A stretch of 64,000 bases of DNA from Candidatus Heimdallarchaeota archaeon (GTDB lineage Archaea; Asgardarchaeota; Heimdallarchaeia; Hodarchaeales; Hodarchaeaceae): the NCBI GenBank assembly GCA_020353515.1, contig CP070695.1, positions 4,426,823 to 4,490,822 on the forward strand. The letters are read 5' to 3'. Positions 1 through 10,169 of the stretch are shown here, piece after piece. Position 1 is the first letter of the stretch. Every line of letters starts with the position of its first letter. The notes below the pieces were generated by a model that saw nothing but the letters and a program-made list of their open reading frames with translations, ran no database searches and was not told the origin of the DNA. The position numbers and the translations under genes were made by a program.

Positions 1-140
1 TCCCAACAGGAATGATTGTCATTTTCTGGTTTGATTTTCGCGTTTGCAGGGGTCAATCCTTCTATAACTTTTTTTGGATTTAAATGGGTATGCTTCCCAT
101 ATAGACCATCAACTAATGCTTGAATTAATTTTTCTTTCAT
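1..140 (-). CDS. DinB-like family protein, N-terminal part (runs off window start)
   Basis: Manual translation from ATG at 140: MKEKLIQALVDGLYGKHTHLNPKKVIEGLTPANAKIKPENDNHSCW; GGTGG RBS-like sequence upstream; the H-S-x-W pattern resembles DinB family N-termini. Confidence 0.55.
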   Translation of the reverse strand, partial: MKEKLIQALVDGLYGKHTHLNPKKVIEGLTPANAKIKPENDNHSCW

Positions 141-230
141 ATTTCCACCGACTAAATAGGATTGTGATTCACATTTCTGGTTCTGTAATGAGTAACCTTT
201 AAATCCTTCACGATGTTGTCAAGTGATTCT

Positions 231-1436
231 TTATCTAGTATTTCTCATTACCCACGAAGAAAGCCATTTCTGAGCTAGAAGGTGCTGTGATTTATCATTT
301 TTGTGTACACAGGTGACTAAACCTGGTTCAGATCGGCCAGGATGAATAAGCATTGCATAAATACACGAATTACAAGAGATACATTCCGTTGTGTGTCCAC
401 CTCGACCTTCTAACCAGCGATTAGGTAAATCTGGTTCACGGATGAGCGGACGTGATAATGCAATGAAATCTACCTTACCTTCTCTAATTATCTCTTCTAA
501 TCGTTCAATATCTCGATTTCCACCTACTAAGATGACAGGTACTCTTAGATTGAGTTTTTTAGCGTACTTTAAAAAATAACTCTGCTTCTCAAGAACTTTG
601 ATGTTTGTGTGGGATTCTGGTGCTGGAACAGGTCGGAAACCAAGTTCGGATTCACTTCTGAACAGACATTCCCACATCCCTCCACTTACTTCAATTGCAT
701 CAACACCTGATTGTTCGATCTCTTGCGCCAATTCAGGAAAATTGTCAATATCGACTCCTCCGTCAATGTAATCTGTACAGTTCATTTTGATCAGAATGGG
801 AAAATCACCAACAGATTCTCTGGCTTTGTACACAATCTCATGAATAATTCTCACTCTATTGGGAATTGAACCTCCATAAACGTCGTTTCGACGATTCGTA
901 TAAGGTGAAAGAAAGCGACTCAACAATCCGCCGTGCGCTGCATGGAGTTGAACACCATCAAAACCAACGCTTTTCATATCAACAATAGCTTCTACAAAGC
1001 ATTCGATGATATCATCAATCTCTTCCAACGTGAGCGGTTTTACCTTTCTTTTTGAGTGGGGGGAATCAACCACAGAGGGTCTAGCTGAGAGATTCCCGTT
1101 TTCGAGTTGGGCTATTATTTTACATTCTTGGTTTGATTTGTGTACAATATGAGGCATTCGTTCAATTTCATGAACCCTTAAGTCAATATAATTGACTATC
1201 CACTTTTTTGAACCATTCCTCACTGCTTGTTCTTGAAAAACTGGGAATCCCCCCGAAATAATTAAACCAATTCCCCCAAGAGCAATTTTTCTGTAGAGAT
1301 TTAAAACCTCGTTTGTCATTCTACGCTTTTTCAAGATAGATGGATCCCATGTCGCTGAACGAACCAAACGGTTACGTAAGGTCAAATTGCCTATCTTTCC
1401 TTTTGAAAAAATTCTATAATTAACTCTTCTCATCAA
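231..1436 (-). CDS. NADH:flavin oxidoreductase (Old Yellow Enzyme family)
   Basis: LRNRLVRSAT, GFDGVQLHAAHGGLLSRFLSPYTNRRNDVYGGS, ALSRPLIREP, C-terminal CISCNSC. Confidence 0.92.
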   Translation of the reverse strand: MMRRVNYRIFSKGKIGNLTLRNRLVRSATWDPSILKKRRMTNEVLNLYRKIALGGIGLIISGGFPVFQEQAVRNGSKKWIVNYIDLRVHEIERMPHIVHKSNQECKIIAQLENGNLSARPSVVDSPHSKRKVKPLTLEEIDDIIECFVEAIVDMKSVGFDGVQLHAAHGGLLSRFLSPYTNRRNDVYGGSIPNRVRIIHEIVYKARESVGDFPILIKMNCTDYIDGGVDIDNFPELAQEIEQSGVDAIEVSGGMWECLFRSESELGFRPVPAPESHTNIKVLEKQSYFLKYAKKLNLRVPVILVGGNRDIERLEEIIREGKVDFIALSRPLIREPDLPNRWLEGRGGHTTECISCNSCIYAMLIHPGRSEPGLVTCVHKNDKSQHLLAQKWLSSWVMRNTR

Positions 1437-1535
1437 AAACCCCTGAAAATATAATTTTGAATGCTGAGAGAAAACCCCGAGTTTTTAAAATACCCCTACT
1501 AGGCATAAGTAGAAAGGAAGAAGTTTTTATGATAA

Positions 1536-1784
1536 GAGAGTTTTCCTGAATCCGTAAAGATTACTATTTCAGATAATGGTTCAGGAATTGAGGAAAAAAA
1601 TTTAGAACTTATTTTTAACCAATTTGTTACATTTCCTACCAGTTATCGTAAGGCAGGAACAGGGATTGGTCTCTATTTATCTCGAAAAATCGTTGAAGCC
1701 CATGGAGGTACTATTATCGCTAAAAGTGAAGGATTAGGTAAGGGTTCCAACTTCATCATTGAGATTCCCAGACTTAAAGAATAA
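1536..1784 (+). pseudogene. Histidine kinase HATPase_c C-terminal remnant
   Basis: Manual translation FPESVKITISDNGSGIEEKNLELIFNQF...GTGIGLYLSRKIVEAHGGTIIAKSEGLGKGSNFIIEIP*. G1/F/G2 boxes present; in-frame TAA at 1533-1535 just upstream; no N or H box. Confidence 0.85.
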
Positions 1785-1857
1785 CTGCAAATACTTAATA
1801 TCTTAGAATAAGGGAAAATTTAACATTAAAAAAGGGGAAAAAAAGGATTTTCCTTGT

Positions 1858-2346
1858 TTATGAAATAAGGATGTTTCCAATTTCTGTTCCTATCTCCTGA
1901 AAGGAAGGTTCAACATTAGATTCGAGCGGTCCTTCTCTCCCATAAACAATAGCGGATTGCCGAGGTTTAATGATAGTTATTCCCATCTTTTTCATTTTTG
2001 CCTCAATCCTTCTAGCAGCACTATTCTCAAGAATGAACCACCTTTTCTTATTTAATCGTGAGTGGTTTCGAGTGTCAAAACTGAAGCCTTTCATACGATT
2101 TAAATTCACAGATTCAAGTGTCTTCAAAAAAACCTTCATAGCTTTAGATAATCCGATCATGTGAGTTGGCCCTCCAATAGCAAGGAAGTCATATTTAGCT
2201 ATTTGATTGATATCAATCTCATCAATACTCAGGCATTCAGTTGCAACACCAGATTCTTCAATTCCAGTAGCTAGACTTATAGCGACATCCTTAGTATTCC
2301 CAAAGAGAGAATGATATAATATTAACGCACGTACCATTACTATCAC
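1858..2346 (-). CDS. Flavodoxin
   Basis: LYHSLFGNTKDVA FMN-binding loop, IGGPTH, SFDTR. Confidence 0.88.
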   Translation of the reverse strand: MIVMVRALILYHSLFGNTKDVAISLATGIEESGVATECLSIDEIDINQIAKYDFLAIGGPTHMIGLSKAMKVFLKTLESVNLNRMKGFSFDTRNHSRLNKKRWFILENSAARRIEAKMKKMGITIIKPRQSAIVYGREGPLESNVEPSFQEIGTEIGNILIS

Positions 2347-2352
2347 CTTTAT

Positions 2353-3051
2353 TTAAGTAACCAGACTTTGTTTCTCCGATTTACCAATGGTTTGTCCTGT
2401 CCTTTTCCTATTTCGAATCTCTTGGAAAATTATCACTAGGAGAGATCCAAATGACAAAGGGGAAAATATACACACCCAAATTAAGCTCCAAGCTCTCGCG
2501 TGGAATGGTAGTCCAATCAACAAACCGAATAATACGATCCAGTGGAAAAAATAGAGGAAAAATACATTTTTTTCTTTTTGAGGATACAGTGGCCAATTAA
2601 TAAACCAGAAGAGGAACTCAATTACCCATAAAAAGCCAAGGATAAGTAGTAAGAGAAGACAGAATACTGATTGTTGAATTACAACCACACTATGCAAGAA
2701 GGTTATCCCTAATACAATTGTGAAAATTCCACTGTGGAAAATCAGACTGGAAGTATAATATCTGATAAAAAGTTGGGAAAGAGTATTTGATATTAATCCG
2801 AATCTATTGATTACAAAAAAGAAGTAATTAACCAATATCGGAATCTCCGAGAGAATGAATAGTGGGAAAATGATTCGTCCAAGCTCACGGCCTTCAAGGG
2901 GGATAAAAAAAGGTAGGAAATATCCACCGAGTAATACTAGAGCTAATAGAATCACTAAACTTATGAGAACTACATTCTTCATGGAATCAATTATTTTTAT
3001 ATTTACAGAATCGTTTATATTGTACATTTTTTTCATCCTTGCGATTTTCAA
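2353..3051 (-). CDS. Hypothetical multi-pass membrane protein
   Basis: About 6 hydrophobic segments; lies within a minus-strand gene run; start uncertain. Confidence 0.65.
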   Translation of the reverse strand: MKIARMKKMYNINDSVNIKIIDSMKNVVLISLVILLALVLLGGYFLPFFIPLEGRELGRIIFPLFILSEIPILVNYFFFVINRFGLISNTLSQLFIRYYTSSLIFHSGIFTIVLGITFLHSVVVIQQSVFCLLLLLILGFLWVIEFLFWFINWPLYPQKEKNVFFLYFFHWIVLFGLLIGLPFHARAWSLIWVCIFSPLSFGSLLVIIFQEIRNRKRTGQTIGKSEKQSLVT

Positions 3052-3815
3052 CTATAAAAATTCAAGATAATTCTCCCCATTAGGCTGGCGAGGATTTTTT
3101 TCATCCAATTAGTGTTTGTGTCAAAAAAAAACTTCTGTTTAGGGTTGGAAAACCCACTATCTGCCCAATAGGCATAATCCAAAGTCCCCCTGTCGGTAGG
3201 GTCGCTGTTTGCACTCTGCTGGACTTTAAATACAGCTAAAGATAGTAAAGACGGCGATCTGAACTGTTGTCTATCAATAGCAGTAAAAAGCTTCTTAGCT
3301 GCTTTTTTAATTTGCTTGTGATCTTTTTTTAAATCAGGTGGCCCTTTAACAGTCGGAATTTTCAATCCTAATGAACCAACATGATGAAAACCCCAAGCAA
3401 ATGTAGCTGCCCCAAGTGTATCTCGAGCATGTTTGTTACCTGCTGAATGGGCTGTCGTAATGATGAAGGAACATTTCTCGAAAAAAGCAGGACGATGTGT
3501 CAAATGCGCCATACGATCAATTAATGTTTTCATTTCTCCTGAAACATCAGATATATAGACAGGACTTGCAAAAATAACTCCATCTGCTCTTTTTATATTC
3601 TCTACAATCGATAAAACGTCATCTTTTCTTGGACATGAGGATTCTCCTTCATCAAAACAAGTACGACATCCTAAGCAAAACTTCAAGTTATAATCTCGAA
3701 GAAACAGGAACTCCGCATTCACTTGGCCGAGTTTTTTCATTGCCTGAATCATAGCAAAACTGGTATGATAGGTATTTCCGTTCTTTCTAGCACCTAGAAT
3801 AATTAAAATTTCCAT
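3048..3815 (-). CDS. Iron-sulfur flavoprotein / NADPH-dependent FMN reductase family
   Basis: GARKNGNT, CLGCRTC-x7-CPRKDD, FASPVY, MKTLIDR. Confidence 0.88.
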   Translation of the reverse strand: MEILIILGARKNGNTYHTSFAMIQAMKKLGQVNAEFLFLRDYNLKFCLGCRTCFDEGESSCPRKDDVLSIVENIKRADGVIFASPVYISDVSGEMKTLIDRMAHLTHRPAFFEKCSFIITTAHSAGNKHARDTLGAATFAWGFHHVGSLGLKIPTVKGPPDLKKDHKQIKKAAKKLFTAIDRQQFRSPSLLSLAVFKVQQSANSDPTDRGTLDYAYWADSGFSNPKQKFFFDTNTNWMKKILASLMGRIILNFYS

Positions 3816-3853
3816 TTTGTTCCAGCCTAGTCAAAAAGGCTAGAATACAGTAT

Positions 3854-4540
3854 CTAATCAAAATAATGCTTCAATCCCTTATCGATGATGGTGAATAGAA
3901 CATCTAAATATTCCCGAGCTCCTCTTACTAACAATACTCTGATAGCAGAATCAAGAGTACTAAGAGCCATTATAACAGAAAATGGATCTAATTTTGTCGA
4001 AACACCAGCATTTTTCATTGTTTCCAAAATAACGTCTCTCATAAGTTTCTCAATCTTCAATTGATAGTACCTAAGCTCTTTTTCACTTTCAGTTAAAAGC
4101 TGATTCGTCTCTTCCTTCTTAATCATTCTTTCGATAGCTAAACCTAATCTGCTAGGATCAAAAAAAGCTGCATAATCAGGATATTCATCAAGGAAGATAA
4201 CATAGGCATCTCCAAGAGATCGTAGTTCAAATTTGATATCAGGTTGATTTAAGGTGCTCTCAAATGTATGAAAAAGTTTCTCGAAAACTATAGCTGCAAC
4301 AGCGACAAAAAGATCATCCTTGGACTCAAAATAGTTGTAAATGGTTGCCTTACTATACCCCGCTTCATCAGCAATCTTATCAACCATGGTTTGCGAGTAT
4401 CCTTGACTTATAAAGAATTTTTCTGCGATTTTAATGATAGTATCTCGACGATATTTCCGTTCTCGTTCCAACCTTCGTTTTTTAGGAGAAATCGGTTTGT
4501 CATTAGAGCTCATAACTCTTCTCCATGAGATTGAATACAT
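3854..4540 (-). CDS. TetR/AcrR family transcriptional regulator
   Basis: TMVDKIADEAGYSKATIYNYFESKDDLF HTH signature. Confidence 0.93.
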   Translation of the reverse strand: MYSISWRRVMSSNDKPISPKKRRLERERKYRRDTIIKIAEKFFISQGYSQTMVDKIADEAGYSKATIYNYFESKDDLFVAVAAIVFEKLFHTFESTLNQPDIKFELRSLGDAYVIFLDEYPDYAAFFDPSRLGLAIERMIKKEETNQLLTESEKELRYYQLKIEKLMRDVILETMKNAGVSTKLDPFSVIMALSTLDSAIRVLLVRGAREYLDVLFTIIDKGLKHYFD

Positions 4541-4556
4541 AGGCTTATTAAGATAT

Positions 4557-4605
4557 TGTACTCAAGTCTAATTGACTTGATTATAGTTAATTTGACTCGA
4601 GTATA
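4557..4605. promoter_or_regulatory. Putative TetR operator array (3 sites)
   Basis: Three 14-bp imperfect palindromes with an ACT-N2-A(G/T)T core directly upstream of tetR: TGTACTCAAGTCTA (4557), TTGACTTGATTATA (4572), TTGACTCGAGTATA (4592). Confidence 0.6.
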
Positions 4606-4686
4606 AATATGTTCTTTTCTAGGCCTATTGAATTTTCAGTCTTCAGGACATTTCTGCAAAAGAAGTATCCCAACTAAACAACATAT

Positions 4687-7600
4687 CTATTTCTCATTAA
4701 TTCTTTGCTGTACTTTTCTAAATATCAGAGTTATGAGAATAGTTGAGAGAATGATTGAAAACGTCCAACTTGGGGTTGCACTAATTGTAGGAATCTCTCC
4801 AAATTCTGTAGTAATTGAAGATGTCCAAGTTGAGGGTAGGTTCCTAGATTCTGAAAAAATTGAAGATGTCGTGCTTTGGAATGTACTAGGTGATGTTGTT
4901 TCAATTAAATTATGAATTGTAAATATACCGTCTGATTGGTCTTCTTCTACAATCCCTTGAGAACAGCTAGCAACAACTTCAATCCTATAGCTGCCACCAT
5001 TTAATACCTGTGTTGTATCCCAATAATAACTAGTTGTTGTCAAGTCCGAAGCTATTCCAATCCAATTATTTCCTCCATCGTCAGTATAATAAATTGCATA
5101 CATGATTGAATGACCCCACGAATCCGTACTAGCTGTCCATTGGATAGTAACAGAAGTGCTAAGGATTTCGCCACCATTTGGGTACAAAATAGTCGGTTTA
5201 GAGATAGTATGATTTTCAAGTGGGCTATTAGGAGATGCTAGAGGATAGGGATCTGTGTTACCAGCACTCCCTTCTATTCCATATGGAATATCTACAATTC
5301 CATCTCTATTATTATCTGGCCTTACCCAATCCCTCCAGTAATTACGATGGAAAATATTATTGGTCCCATCATCACAAGCCTGTGAGGAACCATCATTTCT
5401 GACAAAATCATTCTTTGTGATGATATTATCTCTTGATAACGAGTGTAAACAAATTGCATATTCATAGTTGTCATAAACGAGATTGTTTGATATTGTATTA
5501 TTTGCTGAATTCACAGAAATGCCATATTTGGAATTATCGTAGACATGGTTACCTAAGAGAGTATTTTCATTGACCAAGAATTCTAATTCAATACCTTGGT
5601 CATTATTCCTAATAACATTATTGATTATCTGATTGTAATTAACGGAGGAGCCCGCAAAACCCAAACGAATGCCGTACCAACCATTGTTTTTGATAGTATT
5701 ATTCAAAATAGTAATGCCTTCGACATCAGCTGACAACCAAATGCCCTCCTCTTGGTGATTGAAGATAATATTACCTGTAATAATAATATCATTAGTAGAA
5801 TAAAACAATTCAATTCCATTTTTACTTTCACAAATTTTATTGTTTTCAATTATTCCATGTGTAACATTATAGAGGTAGATAGAAGAATGGTCTCCATTCT
5901 TTCCATTTAGAAGATTGTTATTAATATGGAAGTACATATTTGTATTTCTAATGTCTATCAGGTTAATTGTAGCATCAGTAATGTTATAATGCTCAATTCT
6001 GAATGGATTACTTGGTGTACCATCGCCATGAAAGCCTAATGTTATAAAATCATCATTACTATCGATCAAAATCGGATCGTGCTCAATATAAGCCATTATG
6101 TTTGGATCAACACAAGGATTTGGATCGATATTGCCAGTCAAACCGTCTATCGGATAGGGTTGGTCTACAATTGAGTTTTTATCGTCATCTGGGATTGTCC
6201 AGTCACTCCAATAATTGTAATTGAACACGTTCCCAATTCCATTATCGAACCCCTGGTAGGTACCATAATTGTTCTCTATGTATTTATTCCACATTACTGT
6301 GTTGTTATAAGCGTTTTCTATGTATAAACCATAATTTATGTTCTGAACTATAGTATTACCAGTCACAATATTCTCATAAGATGAACCATATAACCTAATA
6401 CCATGCATATTATTGTTAGAGATAATGTTATCAGAGATATAGTTCTCAGAACAGGGATTTTCCACAGTACCTGACAATAAAATTCCACCAAAATTATTGT
6501 TAGTGATTGAATTATTGAGTAGGGTATTATTGGTTGAACCTGTTAACCAAAAACCAATACCCCCGCTATTATAGATAGTATTATGAGTCACAATGTTGCT
6601 TTTTGCATTTCTAAAAGTGGTTCCATTCCTAGTATTACGAATAATATTGTTTGTAATTGTACAATGAGTGACATTTTCAAGACAAATACCATTATTGGCT
6701 TCAGTCAGACCATTAAGCAAGTTATTAATGATAGTAAAATATACTGTAGTATTTCGTATGGATAACAAAGAAGTTGAGGCATTACTAATGCTATAACCAT
6801 TGATTATAAACGGGTTACCAAGTGTACCATTTCCAGGAAAGCCTAATGTTGCAAAATCACCATCACCATCAATGGATATTGGATCGTGGATTTTATACAT
6901 AACTTTACCTGGTTCTACCAGAGGATGGAGATCAAAATTCATTGCTGATCCATCAATTGGATAGGCTATATCAAAAATACCGTTATCATCAGAATCAGGA
7001 TTGGATGACCAATCTGACCAGTAATTATAATCGAAAACATTTTGAAAACCACTATCATAAGCCTGTGTATTGTTATTCCTGTTTTGTATGAATTCATTAA
7101 GTTCTATGCGATTATTTTCTGCAGAAGTATCTAACATTAGCCCATAATTAATATTTTTTAGACAATAATTTCTTAACAATCGATTATCATTGTTGGGGCC
7201 GCTAGCCCCTCCAACCAAAGCAATTCCGATAGAGTTATTCTTAAGAAAATTATTTTCTAACGTATTATTGCTACCACCATCAAGCCAAATGCCGTTTAAA
7301 CCATTATTTTCACAGATATTATTAATTAATGAGTTATTACAGCTGCAAATTGGATAATTTCCGAATATCTCAATCCCATCCTCACTATTATTAGAACAGA
7401 TATTGTTTACTAACTCATTCAAGTCACTTTGTATCAAGATGATTCCTCTACTGTTGTAACTGATGATATTGCTGGAAAGGGTATTATTATTGGCTGTTGA
7501 CAATCTAATGCCCTCGTTATAGTTTCTTTCAATAACATTGTCTGAGATGGTGTTATGACTTGAAGAAGAGAGCTCAATTCCAATACCACTATCCCTGATT

Positions 7601-8238
7601 TCATTTTGTGTAATGTTATTACTATGAGTCGAAGAACTTAGGTATATGCCTTGATACTCATAATAAATTGTGTTACCAGAAATAATATTTTGATTGGCTG
7701 ATGAATAGAGATAAATGCCTGCTTCATTGTTGTGGAGAGTATTGTTTGCGATGGTTACATGATTTGTGAAAGAAACAAGACTAATAGCATTCCAAGAGGC
7801 ATAAATAGTATTGTAGATAATAATCCCATGTGTAACGTTGGAAAGAGATATTCCATCATGGCTCCAACTCATGTCTTGAAGGAAGTTGTTACTGATTTGG
7901 AAATACACATCAGTATTCATTATCTTAATTAGATCAATCGTAGAATTAATAATTTGGTATCCGTCAATTAAATAGGGTTTTAAATACGTTCCATCTCGCG
8001 TACCAGCTAAATCCCAGCCCTCATTTGCAGCTTGGACGTGAAAATCACTATTTCCATCTATGAAAATAGGGTAATGATCTTGATAATGAATTGAAGATAT
8101 ATCTTGATGAGGGATATTGGAATTGAATTTATGTGAATTCAGGGAGTTTTGGATGTTCAGTTCAAATTTATGAAATGTGAGAAAAAGGGTTACAGTCAGG
8201 AACAACAGTATTATGGAATTTGATCCCAAAAGTTTCAC
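4687..8238 (-). CDS. Surface-anchored right-handed beta-helix (NosD/CASH) protein with three tandem modules and a C-terminal Ig-like domain
   Basis: Signal peptide; repeated GIxL-x-x-x-NN-x-I-xxN; three modules each ending NYWxDW...D-x-x-GI/SI-x-D; PNGGE Ig-like domain; S/T linker, TM helix and basic tail. Confidence 0.88.
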   Translation of the reverse strand: MKLLGSNSIILLFLTVTLFLTFHKFELNIQNSLNSHKFNSNIPHQDISSIHYQDHYPIFIDGNSDFHVQAANEGWDLAGTRDGTYLKPYLIDGYQIINSTIDLIKIMNTDVYFQISNNFLQDMSWSHDGISLSNVTHGIIIYNTIYASWNAISLVSFTNHVTIANNTLHNNEAGIYLYSSANQNIISGNTIYYEYQGIYLSSSTHSNNITQNEIRDSGIGIELSSSSHNTISDNVIERNYNEGIRLSTANNNTLSSNIISYNSRGIILIQSDLNELVNNICSNNSEDGIEIFGNYPICSCNNSLINNICENNGLNGIWLDGGSNNTLENNFLKNNSIGIALVGGASGPNNDNRLLRNYCLKNINYGLMLDTSAENNRIELNEFIQNRNNNTQAYDSGFQNVFDYNYWSDWSSNPDSDDNGIFDIAYPIDGSAMNFDLHPLVEPGKVMYKIHDPISIDGDGDFATLGFPGNGTLGNPFIINGYSISNASTSLLSIRNTTVYFTIINNLLNGLTEANNGICLENVTHCTITNNIIRNTRNGTTFRNAKSNIVTHNTIYNSGGIGFWLTGSTNNTLLNNSITNNNFGGILLSGTVENPCSENYISDNIISNNNMHGIRLYGSSYENIVTGNTIVQNINYGLYIENAYNNTVMWNKYIENNYGTYQGFDNGIGNVFNYNYWSDWTIPDDDKNSIVDQPYPIDGLTGNIDPNPCVDPNIMAYIEHDPILIDSNDDFITLGFHGDGTPSNPFRIEHYNITDATINLIDIRNTNMYFHINNNLLNGKNGDHSSIYLYNVTHGIIENNKICESKNGIELFYSTNDIIITGNIIFNHQEEGIWLSADVEGITILNNTIKNNGWYGIRLGFAGSSVNYNQIINNVIRNNDQGIELEFLVNENTLLGNHVYDNSKYGISVNSANNTISNNLVYDNYEYAICLHSLSRDNIITKNDFVRNDGSSQACDDGTNNIFHRNYWRDWVRPDNNRDGIVDIPYGIEGSAGNTDPYPLASPNSPLENHTISKPTILYPNGGEILSTSVTIQWTASTDSWGHSIMYAIYYTDDGGNNWIGIASDLTTTSYYWDTTQVLNGGSYRIEVVASCSQGIVEEDQSDGIFTIHNLIETTSPSTFQSTTSSIFSESRNLPSTWTSSITTEFGEIPTISATPSWTFSIILSTILITLIFRKVQQRINEK

Positions 8239-8455
8239 TTTTCCATACCCTCTTCGATATTCCTCATTTTTAATTAGAAAGTCAGTTAATAAGGATTTTC
8301 ATATCTGGATCTACAACTGAATTCATCTCTATTTCCATTTTCCCAATATATCCCAAAGATCTTAAAAAGGATTTATGACATTGAATTTTCTAATTCATTT
8401 TAGATTCAATATTTAGAAATCTGTAAATCTCTCTACAAGGATATCGGGAAAAAAA

Positions 8456-10153
8456 ATGAGGAAATTGATTCTTATTGTACTTACTGTACTCATACTTGCT
8501 AGCTCAGTAGTAGTTTATGATTCCCACATATTGGTTTTGAAACCCAAATCAAGTACTTTGAATTGCCCGCCGAAAAATAGAATTAGAGAAGGCTACAGTT
8601 TTATCTGGGACGAGTATGATGATGCCCCTGGTGATCAACAAGGGGATGATAGTGTGGTCTTTGGTCCTTCGTATGGTCCTTACCATAACTATTCTGAACT
8701 TATCCATAAGTTAAAAGCTCTCAATACTACATATCCAGAGATTATTGAACTGTTTTCGATAGGAAGAACCTATTTTGGGAGAGAAATTTACTGTGCTCGG
8801 ATTACGAACGAATCTATTACATTATCAAAAACTGAAGTGCTGATCGTTGGTCAACACCACGCTCAGGAGCAAATCTCAGTTGAAAATGCTCTGTATTTCA
8901 TCGATAAAGTAGTTTCTGATTTTATTTCGTCTTCCACCTCCATTCAGAACCTTTTGAACACTAAGGCTATCTATGTGATCCCTAGCCTTAATATCGATGG
9001 CGCTGAACTGATGAGTCAGTTTCCCTGGCAGAGAAAAACTGCACGTCCAATTGACGAAGACGGAGATGGTGTTGAGGATGAATATGAGGCATGTGACATT
9101 GATATGGATGGATATGTTGATAAAATACATGATTCGTTCGGAGATTTCTTTGGTTATGAAGGAGTAGATCTGGATCAGGACGAAATAATTGGTAATGATA
9201 AACCAGGGGGAGTCGATCCTAACCGTAACTATGTCTACAATTTTGGGGATCCAGATGGTGCTTCTGATAGTCCTTCTGCTTGGAATTATCACGGCCCCGA
9301 ACCATTTTCTGAAAATTGTACAGCACAATTTCGTGATTTTGTCCTACAAAGGAATTTTATTACTGCTGTTTCTCTCCATTCTGGAATGGATTATACTATG
9401 ATAATAGGTCCAGGACACGAAGGTGTATTACCAGATGGGGTAGACTGGGACTTGTACACCAGCACAGGTACACAACTCGAAGAACTAACAGGGTTTTCGT
9501 ATGAAGCAGGGGGACCTGGTTATGCTACTTCAGGTGTGTGGGATGATTGGATGTATACTAATGGTACCCTTCTTGCTTTCACATTTGAGACTTATGGTAA
9601 CCCCTCTGGATACTTCTCAATTTATGATGAAAACACTGGTTGTACTCATTATAGGGGGGTGTGGGATTATTGTAATCCACCTGCAGATGAAGTGATGGAT
9701 AATAGTGCCCAAACATACCAGGGCCTCCTGTTTATGGCTGAAGAAGCCCCATACTTATTAATTGAAACTAAGAATAAGGAAGTAGGAGACCAGCTCCAAA
9801 TTGAAGTCACTGTTACTAATCCCTCCTCATATATCCGAACAAATGGTAGTGTTACTCTTGACTGTACGGTTTCTCAAGTCATAGGCCTGACTTTACTCCA
9901 AACAGAGTTAACCGCGAATCTTGGTGAATTAGGAGCGAAATCCAACAGCCAAACAACATTTAATTTTTCAATTGACAAACCAAACTATTCACTACATATA
10001 AAGCTTCGAGCATATGGCCCGAAAGTAGGGGATGCAGTTATAGAATACGATATAGATTCCTCTCAGGTAACAACAGAATCTACTATTTCAATTTCCTTTA
10101 TAGGAATAATAGCTGTTATGGTTTTTGTAACATTTAGAAGGAAAAAGACCTAG
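8456..10153 (+). CDS. Surface-anchored M14 zinc carboxypeptidase
   Basis: GQHHAQE, NIDG, QRKT, GVDPNRNY, SLHSG, TFE motifs; signal peptide; C-terminal TM followed by RRKK. Confidence 0.9.
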   Translation: MRKLILIVLTVLILASSVVVYDSHILVLKPKSSTLNCPPKNRIREGYSFIWDEYDDAPGDQQGDDSVVFGPSYGPYHNYSELIHKLKALNTTYPEIIELFSIGRTYFGREIYCARITNESITLSKTEVLIVGQHHAQEQISVENALYFIDKVVSDFISSSTSIQNLLNTKAIYVIPSLNIDGAELMSQFPWQRKTARPIDEDGDGVEDEYEACDIDMDGYVDKIHDSFGDFFGYEGVDLDQDEIIGNDKPGGVDPNRNYVYNFGDPDGASDSPSAWNYHGPEPFSENCTAQFRDFVLQRNFITAVSLHSGMDYTMIIGPGHEGVLPDGVDWDLYTSTGTQLEELTGFSYEAGGPGYATSGVWDDWMYTNGTLLAFTFETYGNPSGYFSIYDENTGCTHYRGVWDYCNPPADEVMDNSAQTYQGLLFMAEEAPYLLIETKNKEVGDQLQIEVTVTNPSSYIRTNGSVTLDCTVSQVIGLTLLQTELTANLGELGAKSNSQTTFNFSIDKPNYSLHIKLRAYGPKVGDAVIEYDIDSSQVTTESTISISFIGIIAVMVFVTFRRKKT

Positions 10154-10169
10154 ATAATACTGTACTGGA

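Noticed and set aside
1435-1500. AAAACCCC...GTTTTT motifs resembling an IS200/IS605 end
   Set aside because: No convincing hairpin and no tnpA/tnpB nearby
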